A stretch of DNA of 64,000 nt. Origin: Hamiltosporidium tvaerminnensis FI-OER-3-3 (taxonomy: Eukaryota > Fungi > Microsporidia). Positions 26,915 to 39,300 of this stretch are shown one piece after another (position 1 is the first letter of the stretch; each line of letters begins with the position of its first letter). The stretch lies in assembly GCA_022605425.2 (NCBI GenBank), contig CM061246.1:868001-932000 (forward strand), in the 5' to 3' direction. Both the position numbers and the translations under genes were made by a program. Below the pieces are notes generated by a model that ran no database searches, was not told where the DNA came from, and was given only the letters and a program-made list of their open reading frames with translations.

Positions 26915-27246
26915 TGTATTTAAGTCATCTTTATCTATATACAATATACTTTATTATATTTTTATCTTCCCTCTCATGTTTAATACTGTTATCAATACTA
27001 CCCTATTTATATTAAATATAATCTGCTATTTATTTCCTTTTACCTTATTAATACACTTACCGATCTAACCCATTTAAAATAAATTACTTTGTATTTCTTT
27101 ACATTTTAAAAGATAATCAGTGTTCTTAATCAGGTTCTAAATATTTAATAAAGAGAATAAAATAAGATTTGATTTTTCATAACAAATTTGTAAGTAATAA
27201 AGGTCTAATTTAAAATTTTATTTTTTTTTTGAAGCGACTTTGAAAT

Positions 27247-27399
27247 ATATCTTTAAAAATAAAATTAAATGAAATTCTATAAATTCAATTCCTTCAAAAT
27301 ATCTTTAGAAATAAAATAAAATAAAATTCTTTCAAAATATCTTTAGAAATAAAATATAATTCTATAAATTCAATTCCTTCAAAATATCTTTAGAAATAA
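27247..27399. repeat. Compound tandem repeat including the last codons and stop of the Arh1-like gene
   Basis: aattctataaattcaattccttcaaaatatctttagaaataa occurs at 27273 and 27358; the sub-unit atatcttta(g/a)aaataa recurs at 27247, 27299, 27337 and 27384. Confidence 0.9.
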
Positions 27400-28495
27400 T
27401 TTCAGCACTTTCTTTCATTTGACTCAAATTACCATTCGGATTTACACACCACCCAATTCTAAAAATAGGAATTTTTAATTTAATATCAGAAATATTTTTC
27501 TTAATATTTCCTATACTGCTTATTACGGTATCATATTGTTTTTTATAAATTCTATTGTTACAGTTATATTTTAAAATATATTTATCTTCTTTTTTTTCTA
27601 TTTTTATTGGTTTACAACCAAAATTCAAATTTAATATTTTACTTCCGATGTCTTTTACTGTATTTAAAAGCTTTTTTCTTCTCATATGTTTTTTAACTGA
27701 CAGTTCATATTCCTCATTATTGAAATATTTATCTATATTGGCATTGTTACTAGGATGACTTGGGTTTTCAAAAGTATTCATATCTTTATTATTGTAGTCA
27801 TCGAAGTAATTGATTGTACTTTCATTACTTTTTTTGTGGTCGATTTCAGCATTTTTCAACATATTTTTTGAATAAAAATTTTTGTTTAAAGATTTGATAT
27901 TTGTTTTAATTTTTAAATCTTGAATATCATAAATTCTAGAAAGTGAATAATTATTAAACGAGGATTTAAATGGGGTACTTCTACCTATAACAGTGACACT
28001 TTTAACTTTATCTGCCTGTATTTTACTTTCTGGTGTTCCAAACATATTTTTACTGTCTAAAAGATATCTGACAATATCGAAAGACACATCTCCCATCCCA
28101 ATAATACAAATTTTATTTCCAATTTCAATATTTTTATAGAAACCGTTGTACCATTTGGTTATATCACTACTTTTCATACAATATTTAGATCCTTTTATAG
28201 ATAACTGTTTACTTTTATCACTTCCTGTAGCAAAAACAATCGCATGGTAATAATTTTGTAAATAAAATAAATCGGACCGTTTAATTTCGTGAGAATCAAA
28301 AATTTTTATGTTTTTTGAATTCAATATTTCACTAAAAAATGTGTTGGTTTTTTTATATTCGGGTAAAAACGAAGATGTGTATAAACCGCCTATTTTATTT
28401 TCTTTTTCGTAAATATGTACATGCATGTTGTTTTTAAGAAGTTCTTTTGCTAAAAATAGACCACTTGGTCCACCTCCAATAATACAAACCCTCAT
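27362..28495 (-). CDS. ARH1: NADPH:adrenodoxin/ferredoxin oxidoreductase (Arh1-like, probably mitosomal)
   Basis: FAD-binding VCIIGGGPSG...HIYEK...GGL, AIVFATG, KWYNG, second Rossmann motif IIGMGDVSFDIVRYLL (cf. GQGNVALDVARIL), VTVIGRS, VISSIG and IGW. Confidence 0.85.
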   Translation of the reverse strand: MRVCIIGGGPSGLFLAKELLKNNMHVHIYEKENKIGGLYTSSFLPEYKKTNTFFSEILNSKNIKIFDSHEIKRSDLFYLQNYYHAIVFATGSDKSKQLSIKGSKYCMKSSDITKWYNGFYKNIEIGNKICIIGMGDVSFDIVRYLLDSKNMFGTPESKIQADKVKSVTVIGRSTPFKSSFNNYSLSRIYDIQDLKIKTNIKSLNKNFYSKNMLKNAEIDHKKSNESTINYFDDYNNKDMNTFENPSHPSNNANIDKYFNNEEYELSVKKHMRRKKLLNTVKDIGSKILNLNFGCKPIKIEKKEDKYILKYNCNNRIYKKQYDTVISSIGNIKKNISDIKLKIPIFRIGWCVNPNGNLSQMKESAEIISKDILKELNL

Positions 28496-31429
28496 TTTTT
28501 AAAAAGTCGTTATCTTTAATAAAAATATATTTTTTTTAAAAAATATTTTCATATTGAAAAATCGTAAAATGGTTACCAAGAAGTATAAAATTTAATCTTA
28601 AAGAATAGACTTAAGAATAAAAAAAAAGTTTTTAATTATTCCAAAATAAAAATTGGAAAAAAAAATTATATAAATTTAATAAAAGTATTTAACATTCATT
28701 TTTTGTTTGTAATATTTTTTTAATAAATATTCATAAAATAAATATTGTTTCTATGTTAAAACTTCACGCTTTATTACGCTTATATTTTATTCTTTATAAT
28801 CCTAGATTTAAATAAATTCTAAATCAAATTTTGTATCAAAATAAAAATAAAAAAAGTAATTTTTTTTCAAGATAAAGTAGAAATGATATTACTTTACTCT
28901 AGGAAAAGAAACAAAGGAATATTTAAATTTTTTCTTTAAACGTTTCATTTTTATTTTTTAGTTACAGTTTTACATGCATCCACAAATTTTCATTACTTTT
29001 CCGTGTACATTAATTTACTTTCTATAGTAATTTCCACACAATTTTTTTCAGTGATTACTTCTCAAGGTCTAAAGTTCTACATAAGTTCATTTTTAAGTTT
29101 ATTTTCGGTATTTTCGGGGATAAATAGAATTTTTTCGTATTCTTTACAACTTTTACTATAATTTTTTCTTTGAATAGTCTATTTTGCTCAAAACAAATAA
29201 TTTTACTACATGGTAGAGTAAAAACAAAGGTTTTAACTTTACATTTATGGTTAATACTCTATTTTAACGTTATTAATTATATTCTAATTTACTCATATCT
29301 TAGATTAAATAATAGAGAAATATTTGAATTTTACTTACAATAATATCAGGCATTTTACAAAAAAACGTACCTTCTTAGTTTTTTTTTTTTAGAATTTTAA
29401 CGATTCAAAGTATAAAAAACAATTATTATTTCAATAATTCTCATTATATAAATTTTCTTATATAAATATCAGCCATTTATTGTAAATATTGTAATATATA
29501 AACATTATGATCTTAATTCTAACTGATTTTTTTGAAATAATATCTTGATTATTTGTGTGGTTGTAGATTTAAATTACAATGTAAAATGTTCAAATAAGTA
29601 CTTAATAATTTTATTTTAAAAATTTAGTATGATTATATGCAATCATCCTACATAATCATGTTTAAAGGTTTTTTTAAAAATACTTTTTTGTGGTGAAAAT
29701 GTAGAATTTGACTTGATTTTTATATTATACATTTTTTTAGATCTAAAAAAAGGTTTCGCATTGGTTTTAATTTTTATTTTACCAAGTAAACCTAAAAAAC
29801 AAATTAAACTGTCCGATTTACTACTCCAATCTAAATAGCATAAGTCTGATTTTCTATTACTATTTTATTCAATATAGGAGCTAATAAATTTAATGAGCAA
29901 GGTTTTTTCTCGTTAAAACTACAACCAATATTTAATCCGTGTATGACATTATTGGCGAATTATAAGTTTGATAAAAATTCTTGTCTTTTGTAATGTTATC
30001 TTTATTATTATATATTGTGGAGTTTTCTATATTTGTTGCGACTCACAAAAATATGTGCTTGCCTCTAGCATCTCACTTTACAGATATTTTAAGATTTTAT
30101 TTAACCAGATATATATTTTCACAGCTTGAAATAGCCAATATTTTCAAGAAATGCCTAATGTTTTATGGATTATGTGAATGCACATAAATAAACAAAAGTA
30201 CAACCTTTGATAATTTATTTCAGATGAGATATGTTGATATTTATTTTGAACGGTTTCTTTTACATTTAATTTAGCCTAAAATTTTTCTTTTTCATTTATA
30301 AAAAAAATGTATAGTTTTAATTCCGAAATAAATTTCGAACTGGATTTATTTATAAATAGTTTCTTGTTTTAAGATATCTGTGATGTTTTTGTCTTAAAAA
30401 TATTTTATATCTTAATAATAGTTATTTGCGCTACCAAGTCTATATTTCGTTTATATTTGAGCTTTTTCTATCCAAAAATATTATTTCTTATGTCATTAAG
30501 ATAATAATTTTGTTAAATTTTGTAAAAACATTAGAATTGTTACAAACTGTGATTTATGTACTCAAGAAAAATATATGTTAACCTGTATTTGACCTTATAT
30601 CTTTTCCGAAAGGATCTAATTAGAGTAAATGTATACAGAATACAAATAAAAGGACACGTATAATTTTAGTAATTTGTATTTCCGGTTGGACATGCGTTCC
30701 CTACCACTAATTTCTTTCATAGTACACAAAATATTTTCATAAAAAGACATTTATATTTAAAACTTACTTACATTTATACTTATATGTAACCAATATTATA
30801 ACTTATCATTGATTATCATATCTCATCATTGTTAGAGCATTTGATGTAGATAATATCGTAAAGTATTTGGATTATACTGGAATCAATTATATAGCTTTAT
30901 GAAGCTGATTTAAAACATTTCTGATATTCATGTTCAACTTTTTCGATGAGGTTTATACCTGGTTTTTCTATTCTAAGAAATTAGATTTAATAAGTTGTGT
31001 ACATTCAGTGATTTTAAGGATTTTCGGATTCTAAAAAACAAATTTAATCTCATAATTGTAAAGTTTTATACAATCTTCGCTTCATTCTGAATTTTTATAG
31101 TATTTTCTTCTCAGCATATCATTCAATAAGTCAGAATTCAAGTTTCTATATATATTCATATATCACTGAGTTTAATATTTTCTTTTATTTGTGTTTTCCC
31201 ATATTTAATAAAAAAAATATTTGAAAACATATATTCGTGAATAAAAAGATTTGGCCATAAGTTATCAGCAGATATCGGATTTTTATTATGTTATATTTAA
31301 GTAATAAAAACCAATCCCCTTGAAAATAAATCCAAAGAATGTGCTTAATTATAATCTTAAACATATGAATTATTAAAATAACTTTTTATAAAGTCTTAAT
31401 TTTTCACTTAAAGATTATAGAGTTTTAAT

Positions 31430-32030
31430 TTGATGGTCGGGGAGGATAACCATATATAAAACTTTCTGCTTGGCAATGTGTATGTGAATATCATTGTTTG
31501 GATTTTTGGTGGAAATAAAACCATACCCAATATTCGGTTGTTCCATGAGTTTTTGTATGGGAAGGAGAAGGTCTAAGAAATAGTCAAACTTTTTTTACAA
31601 ATTTTTTTTAAGTAAAGAATTAGCCGCAGTTGAACGTATAAGTGACTGCTTTAAAGTCATGAAAATCTAACCTAGTACACTTGGGTTGGAATGCTTAGCG
31701 CCTGGTGATATAAAAATCGAACCCTCTAAAGCCGGGAAGGCTTAGCAGCAGTTTATACTCTTAGTATGCTAGTGCAATGTCCTGTCAGCCCCCATGTAAG
31801 TCTCTGAAATATATCTTAGCTAGAAGTTTATTGAGGTCAGTAAATGTAGAGTAGGTAGGAATGCTGCATGTCTTTCGGGAGCCCAGGGTAGGTTTGGGTT
31901 TTCAATCGCACTATATGCAACGGAAATAGAACAAACACCCGGCAAATGCCTCACTAATAAACTGTGAGCTACATAGGTATTAGATCAAAGGCTTTAGAAC
32001 GTAGTTATCGCAGGGTTTCGATGGAGTATT
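31430..32030 (+). repeat. Dispersed repeat block, copy 2 (longest; possibly the 5' region of a retroelement)
   Basis: GC-richer island. Aligns with the reverse complement of 42600-43135 (gagcccagggt at 31879-31889 vs accctgggctc at 42656-42666) and with the 11630 and 51555 copies. Confidence 0.7.
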
Positions 32031-32214
32031 GAGGCAACAGTTATTTATGTTAAACTTAAAATTACGTTAATGCCAACAAAAAACAAATGTAACACTTGCC
32101 ACTGTTTTAAAAAGCTGTGATGTTCTTAAATAGAAAAATATCTTCTATTTTTGCTGTTTATTTAAAATAAATTTTTTATTTAAATTTATTTTCTTAAAAC
32201 CTTTTCTAGGGAAT

Positions 32215-33110
32215 TACGAGAAAAGAATATCAAGCTAAATGACGAAACAGTGTTCTGTTATATCCAGGATAAAAATGTATTTAAGGTTCAGAAAGGAAGT
32301 TTTAAAATTTTGAAAACCGTAGAAATTCGAAAGAGTATTCGGCAACTAGATATAAAGAAATATATGGATAATCCAACGCAGAATTACATTGATTGTGGGT
32401 GGTATATAAATCTACTTTATTTTAAATGTAATTTTAAGTATCTAAAATCAATTAAGAGTAATCATATTCAAGGAATCCTTGAAAATGAGTATCCATAAAT
32501 AAGAGTAACATCAGAATAAAAACTTGTATCATAATGCAGAAGAATAGGCTATGTCTTTGCAAAATCAAAAAATAATGTAAAGGTAAACTCATCCAGGTCG
32601 AAATTAATACATAAAAATCTCTTCGTTTTGTTAAAACAGTAGACTCGCAAAGTTAGAATTATTTACAAAGAGTCAAGAGTTAATTATACATTTAGGGTAG
32701 ATTTAGGTCCTCATGAGATATATTTGAATGTTCTTATACTTAAATAACATAGAATGTAACTTTAGAAGCTTTAAATACAGTAATAATAAAGACATATAGC
32801 TAGTCGATAGTACTCAAAAAGACACAAAGATATTTCATTTAAACCAAAACGAGTTTAATTGTCAAATACACTTCGCCCTATGAGAGATTAAAAAACCGAT
32901 CGCTGGATGCTATACAAAGATCTGAGATAAATACTATACAGACACCTTTAATAAAGATACACACCAAAGAGGGAGAAAGTTATTAGCAAAAAAACACGTA
33001 AATAACAAATTATGAATTGCTATTATAGGACATGAAACAAAACATTGACCAAAATATAAAAAAATTGGCGAATATAAAGGATTGTTAAATAAAATGAACA
33101 GGGGTTATAA
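32215..33110 (+). mobile_element. Decayed C-terminal part (zinc-knuckle region, RLE domain, tail) of a non-LTR retroelement
   Basis: ORF 32250-32498 reads VFCYIQDKNVF...KTVE...INLLYFKCNFK...HIQGILENEYP*IRV, followed by ...K*HRM...DISF; collinear with the recalled RLE-element C-terminus. Confidence 0.6.
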
Positions 33111-33367
33111 GTAGAAAAAATAACTTAGAAAATTTAATCATTATTTAATATTCTTTCTCTATTCTTTTTAAATAAAAAGATTTAAAAACTGTTAAATCTA
33201 TTAAAAATCCCAATTAAAGAAATAGTCTTGCAACGAAGAATTAAATTCTTTAAATAAATAAATATAAAGTTAAAATAGAAAAATATAACCGTATAATATT
33301 TCGTTATCAAATATAAATAAGATATTAAAATTAATCATTTTTTTAATCAAAATTTGTAGAAAAAACT

Positions 33368-36300
33368 TCATTCTACCCATCCATATTGCATTAAATAAAA
33401 CATACTTACCTCATTATTTTTTGATTTATTTAAAGTATAAATGGCAGTATTTTTGTTTCTTTTAACAATTAGTTCGTATGCATTTTGAAACTTAATCATC
33501 TTTTTAGTGAAATAATTTAAGTGCTTTCTTAAATCGTAGCAGAAAAATACCAATTTTAATAATGCTTCTAAAGTATCAAATTCTTTTTCCCGAGCCTTCT
33601 CACAATTTTTACTCACCATAAATGAAATAACTGGCCAAAAATTATTTGACAATATTTCTTGTATCAATTCCTCATTAAAAGCGTATGATTTAATATTTTT
33701 ATATTCCATACCTATTATTTTACTTATCTCATCTAATATTTTTATAATAATTTCATTTTTAGAGAATTTTTTCATATCAAATTTGTTTATCAAAAATTCG
33801 TTGAATAAAATATCCATTTTGTAACAAATAATTTTACACAAGCAATCCAAATACACTGAAATATTTTTACAGTATTTATATTTGAAATAAATAAAAAGTT
33901 CAAATTCCTTTTCCTCTAAATAAAGGTATGGCTTTTTTTTAAACAACAATAGATTACAATTTGAATCCACTTTTTGCGAAATAATCGATTTATCAGCAGA
34001 TTTTGAAATTTTCAAAATTTGTTTTCTTATATTAAAATCTTCTGAATAGTCAGATAAATAAGAAATTTTTGAAAAAGAATTATCAAAATGAAAATTATCA
34101 TATAAATAAAATCGAATAACTTGTAAAGATAAAGAATCAAAATGTAAAAAATTATACACCATAAAAACATAAGTCAGAATAGATATTTTTCTATTAATTT
34201 CAGGCAATTTAAATTCTGAATATCTTTCTCTAACAGATTCTATTATTTCACCAATATCTTTAGTATTTTTTTTCTTTAAATAGAAATCCTTTTCTTCAAA
34301 AACAAAATTAATAAAATTAAGAAAAGAAACTTTTCCCAATGCAGTATTCAAACAATATCCGCAAGCAAATAAAAATGAATAATCTAGAACCATGTCTGAA
34401 CTTACAGTATTTTGATAAATACATTCTCCATTCTTACAGTTACATTTGAAAATATCTTTTTCAAAATTCATAAAATAAAAAATTAATTTATCCTGAATTC
34501 TTGTCATTTCATTTTTATTTTCTTGAAAATATTTTCGATTAAAACACTTGAAATCCATACAAGGATAAGCATCAATATTTGTATCTAAATCAGTTTCTAC
34601 CTTCTCATTAGATAATGAAGATTCTGCCGTTTCATATGAACTTGAACTACTTATTTGATCTGCAATATTTTTGGAAGATTCATTTGAGGAGCAATCTATC
34701 TTAGGATTAATAGATAAAGAATTTGGCGACTTTGTGTTTTTATTATCTTCAAGCCCATAGTTGAAACCTTCTAAATGATTTCTTACAAACTGATCAATAT
34801 TCCTTTTTTTAATAGTTTTAAAGAGTTCTTCTTTATAGTTTATAAGAGTTTCTTTATTTGAGTGATAAAACATGAAATATTTAATTTCTAAGTTATTATT
34901 ACATTTTAAAAACCAATATAAACTTTCTATAATAAAACTTGGATTGTCATTATGCAGTTTTCTATTATTTTTCCTCAATTTTTTTTCATTGATTATATCT
35001 TTGGTCAATGATACTTTATTTGGATCTAAAAAATTTATAAAAAAATGTGATAATAAATTTTTATAATCGATTTTTTTTTCTACGGTAAAATTTAATTTTG
35101 TTATTTTAAATCGTGATTTATAATATTTAAACGAATTATCGGGATTTTTTGATGATTTTGGATTTTCTTTTGAGAATGAATCTAGTTCCAAATTAAAATC
35201 AAAAACAAAATCTAAATACGTCTTAAAATCAAGTTTTTTAGTCTCAACACCACTTATTAAATTACAAAAAATATATGTAAGATCTGTTTTTTTCAAGTAA
35301 GCCGGTAAACATGGAATATCTTCAAATAAATCACCAAAGAAATGTGGAAAGTAGGAATGAAAAACTGTTCGAGAAGAGAATTTTTTTACTTGGTATAAAA
35401 TTATTAGCATTTCATTGACTATAAAACTAGAATATTTGTTATATTTTTCTGTTAAGTCAAAATCTGTATTTTTCATAAAAAAAATATTTTGTAAAATTCC
35501 AAGAATTCCATTTTCTATAAATAAATTTGCCAACTGCTTTTTCAAACTATTTTCATCCATTTTAAAAATTTTTAGACACATTTTACAACAACACGGCTTT
35601 GATTTAAGTATTTTATAAATTAATTTTAAAATAATTAAAATATTGTTCTTGGTAATTCCATCAAACTTTTTTTCATTTAAATCTTTAATTTCTATAGGAA
35701 AATCTCTTTTACATTCTTTTTTTACATCTAAAGGTTCAATTTTCTTATTTTCACTTCTTTTTTTACATAGCGATTCAAAAGAAATTTTACTGCAAACCTC
35801 ATTTTTTATTTCTTCAAACGAAATATCTCCTCTGTTATTCATAATACTATCAATTAAATTTTGAAGTATCACCAATATAATTTCAACAATTTGATATTGT
35901 AGACACCTGTCTTGACAATAAATTATTCTCGTTAAAAAAAGTTCCCCATAATAATTTAAGTGCCACTCAAACTGATTTAAATTCGTTAAAATGTTTATTT
36001 CACTTTGTTGTAAAATAAATGTAAAAAAATGGTTTAAAATATCAATTTTTGGAATAAATCTGACCAAATTAGGCATCAAGTGAAACATTCTAGTCAGATA
36101 CAACAAAATATTCATATTTTTTGATTCTAAAGCCTTACCCAATAATAATCTAACAATATATTTCTTGTCTTCCATATTTATATTACCTGATAAATCTAAA
36201 TAATCACAAAATTTTGAGAATTTTTTACTTTCTCCTTTCATATTTATATTCATAAAACATCTTTTAAATAACATTTCTTTATAAGAATCATCTTTACTAC

Positions 36301-39300
36301 TGTAAAATAAAAATAAAAAATATTTTTTGTTAAATTCATTATCATAAATGAAGAAATTTAAAAGAATAAATACTTTTTTAAAAAAATCATTCGATATATT
36401 TTCATTTACAATTATAGAAATAAGATTATTAAAATCAATTTGTAAAAAAATTTCTTCTTTGGTAAATAATTTGTATCTTTCTGAAATACACAAAATTGAA
36501 ATATAAAAATCACAATAATCATCATAACTCACATTATTTCTATCGTTAATATTTGAAATCTTTTTATTGGAAATGGTTTTAATAAAAGAATTTAATATTA
36601 CTTTTTCAACATTCATTAAATATTTCTGAGATGAAATTATTAATAAATTTGTAGCTATCATATCAAAAAATCCTTCACAATCAAATAATTGAGAGTCAAA
36701 TTCAGTTAAAAAAATTATTTGATAAATCATTAAAAATACAATTTTACTTTTGTACTGAGCTTTTGATATAAAATAAAAACAATTTACATGAAATAAATCA
36801 TAATAAAAATTAAATTGAAGTTCATCTTCATCTTTATAACCTACTAAATAATCAATACACGTATATATTTTTGTATTCAATGTGTTATTAAAGAATGATT
36901 TTAAGAAGAAAGAATCCGGTAAAAAATCGTTGAAACCCGGAAGCGAAGAATAGTATTTATATTTTTTTAAAAATTTTGATAAAACTAAAAATGTATGAAT
37001 AGAAGTTTTATCAAAATATTTTGCAAAGTATAAAACTATTTTATAAGATATTTCGTCTTTGATTTTATCAGAAAAATATTTTTCATTTATGTAATTTCGA
37101 TATATTTTAAGAATATATTCAGTTGCCTTTTCTAAATCATCATTTTTATCTTTAAAGTTTGAAATATCTTTCTTAAGAACACTGAATAAATTATTAAAAA
37201 AAAATATAAGTTGATTCTTAATAAAGTTTATATCTGTACAGTTTAAATATTCTAAAACTAATGACACAATATCACAAATATAGAAATCTGAATCTGAAAG
37301 CATAGAAGATATTTCCTCAAAAACAAGGTTTTCGGGAGATTCATTACCGCTTTCTATAGGATAACTTTTAAACTTACGAATAAAATCTAAAGTTCGTAGA
37401 TAAGAAAGTTCATGGGATTTTTCAAAAATAGATTGTTTATATTCTTCATCTTCTAAATTCGAATTCCCGGGTTTTTGTTCTGTTAGTGGGTTTTTTGGTT
37501 TCCTTAGATAATCATGTTTCCTATAAAATCTTGAAATAAATTTTAAATAGGTTTTAAAAAATCCTAAATATATTTTGCACCTCTCTTTGGTAAATAAATT
37601 TGTATCTTTGTTTAAAATTTCGAAAAAATCGGTAAATCTTACAATTCTACAAAATATTTCGATTGCATCCACGTCAAAAGTACATGAAAATGTTTTTTGG
37701 TTGTGTATTTTTTCAAAAATAATTATTTTCCTTTCGATTTCTAAAAAAATAGATTCTAAAATTAAATAATTGTTATATTTGTTTGAAATATGTGAATCTA
37801 TTGCCTCTAAAACACGGATATTTATTTTTTTATCGAATGAAAAATATGAAGACATCAAATCGAATATATCCATGTAAATCGAATCAATTTTTACAGCTTT
37901 GTCATCAATAAAATTTATATAATTCGAATACAAAAATTGGTAAAATGTTGAAAATTTTGAGTTAAATTCGTGGAAAATTAATCTTTCTGATTCTGTAAAT
38001 ATTGAATTCACAGAAGAAAAGGATTTTTTTTTGATTCCATAATAATTTAAAGATCTTTGGTTGTAAATAAAATATTTTCTTTCATTTACTAAAGCAATTT
38101 CAATAAGCTTTTTTATGGTCAAACACCATATATCTTGGTTGAAATAATTTTTAAAAATCCATAAAATTTCACTATTAAAAATTTCACTATTAAAAATTTC
38201 AGAATATTTTTTTTCCCAGAGTATAATAAATGGAAAATCAGTGCAAGTAAATACATCAAACATAATATGAATGCACTTAACATAAATCTCAGGAACATTT
38301 CTAAGTTCCAAAATACATTTAGTAAAAATTTCGTAATGTTTTAGTAAATATTGTTTTCGAATAACAAAATATTCATTAAAAAACGTTGTGAATTCCTGAT
38401 AAATTGCTATATCATTCAGATTTTGATTATCTAAAAATTTAAAAAGTTTTATAAATGAAAACTTAACTGTATCATTGAAAAAACGGATATTATTTTTGTA
38501 AAATATTTTTAAAAAATTAATAATTTCTAATTTATAAGCTTCATCAAACGAAATATTTTTAAAAATTATATGAATGGTATTAAAAAGAGAATTATAATGT
38601 TGATTATGTACATCGAGTATTGGCGTTTTCAATGCATGATTATGAAAATTAAGTTCATTGTAAAATAAGACAATAATTTCTTTAAATAAATTATCACCGC
38701 CTTGCAATTGAAATTCATGGAATTTAAAAATGCTAAAAATTAAATTTAAAAAATTTTCTTTTGTTTGTTTTTCTTCCAACGAATTTCGCATTTTAGCAAT
38801 AAAATTAACAAATTTCATTTTTCCGTTGTCTGATTCTTTAATAAAATTAAATACAAAAATAATCTTTTCTGTTAACGAGTTTGATGATTTTTTATTAACG
38901 AAATCCAAAAGCTCTTTATCATAAATTCTTAGACAAATTTTATTTTCTGAGACAAAAAACTGACTCATAAAAAAAAATTCTAATATTTGAATTGACAAAT
39001 CTCTAATTAAAGTATCCTCTTTATAATAAGTTTGTATTATTTCAGTCAACGAATATACGTCAACTGTGTAGTACGCGTCATTAGAAGGTTTAAATTTATT
39101 TGGGAGAATTTTCAAAGCCAACGAAATTCCATATAAAAGTGAAGAAATAAAATTTTTTTTGTCGTTTAAAAATACTTGTATTTTACAAAATAAAATCACT
39201 TTCATTGCCTTTTCTTTGTCAAGTTTAATGATATAAGGAACATAGGTATCAAAATATGTATCAAGATTCAATTCAGTATTTATATGTTTTTTCATATTTT

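Noticed and set aside
23623-27399. CRISPR-like array
   Set aside because: The repeats are head-to-tail duplications without unique spacers, there are no cas genes, and the context is eukaryotic.
30660-30725. Displaced HECT remnant (KELVVGN…) on the minus strand
   Set aside because: A single weak peptide resemblance with no neighbouring HECT motifs.
34872-38924. Short + strand ORFs inside the large gene (and similar ones opposite or within cyclin, ARH1, VMA1, the LRR gene and the transposase)
   Set aside because: These are antisense or alternate-frame shadows of real coding sequence.
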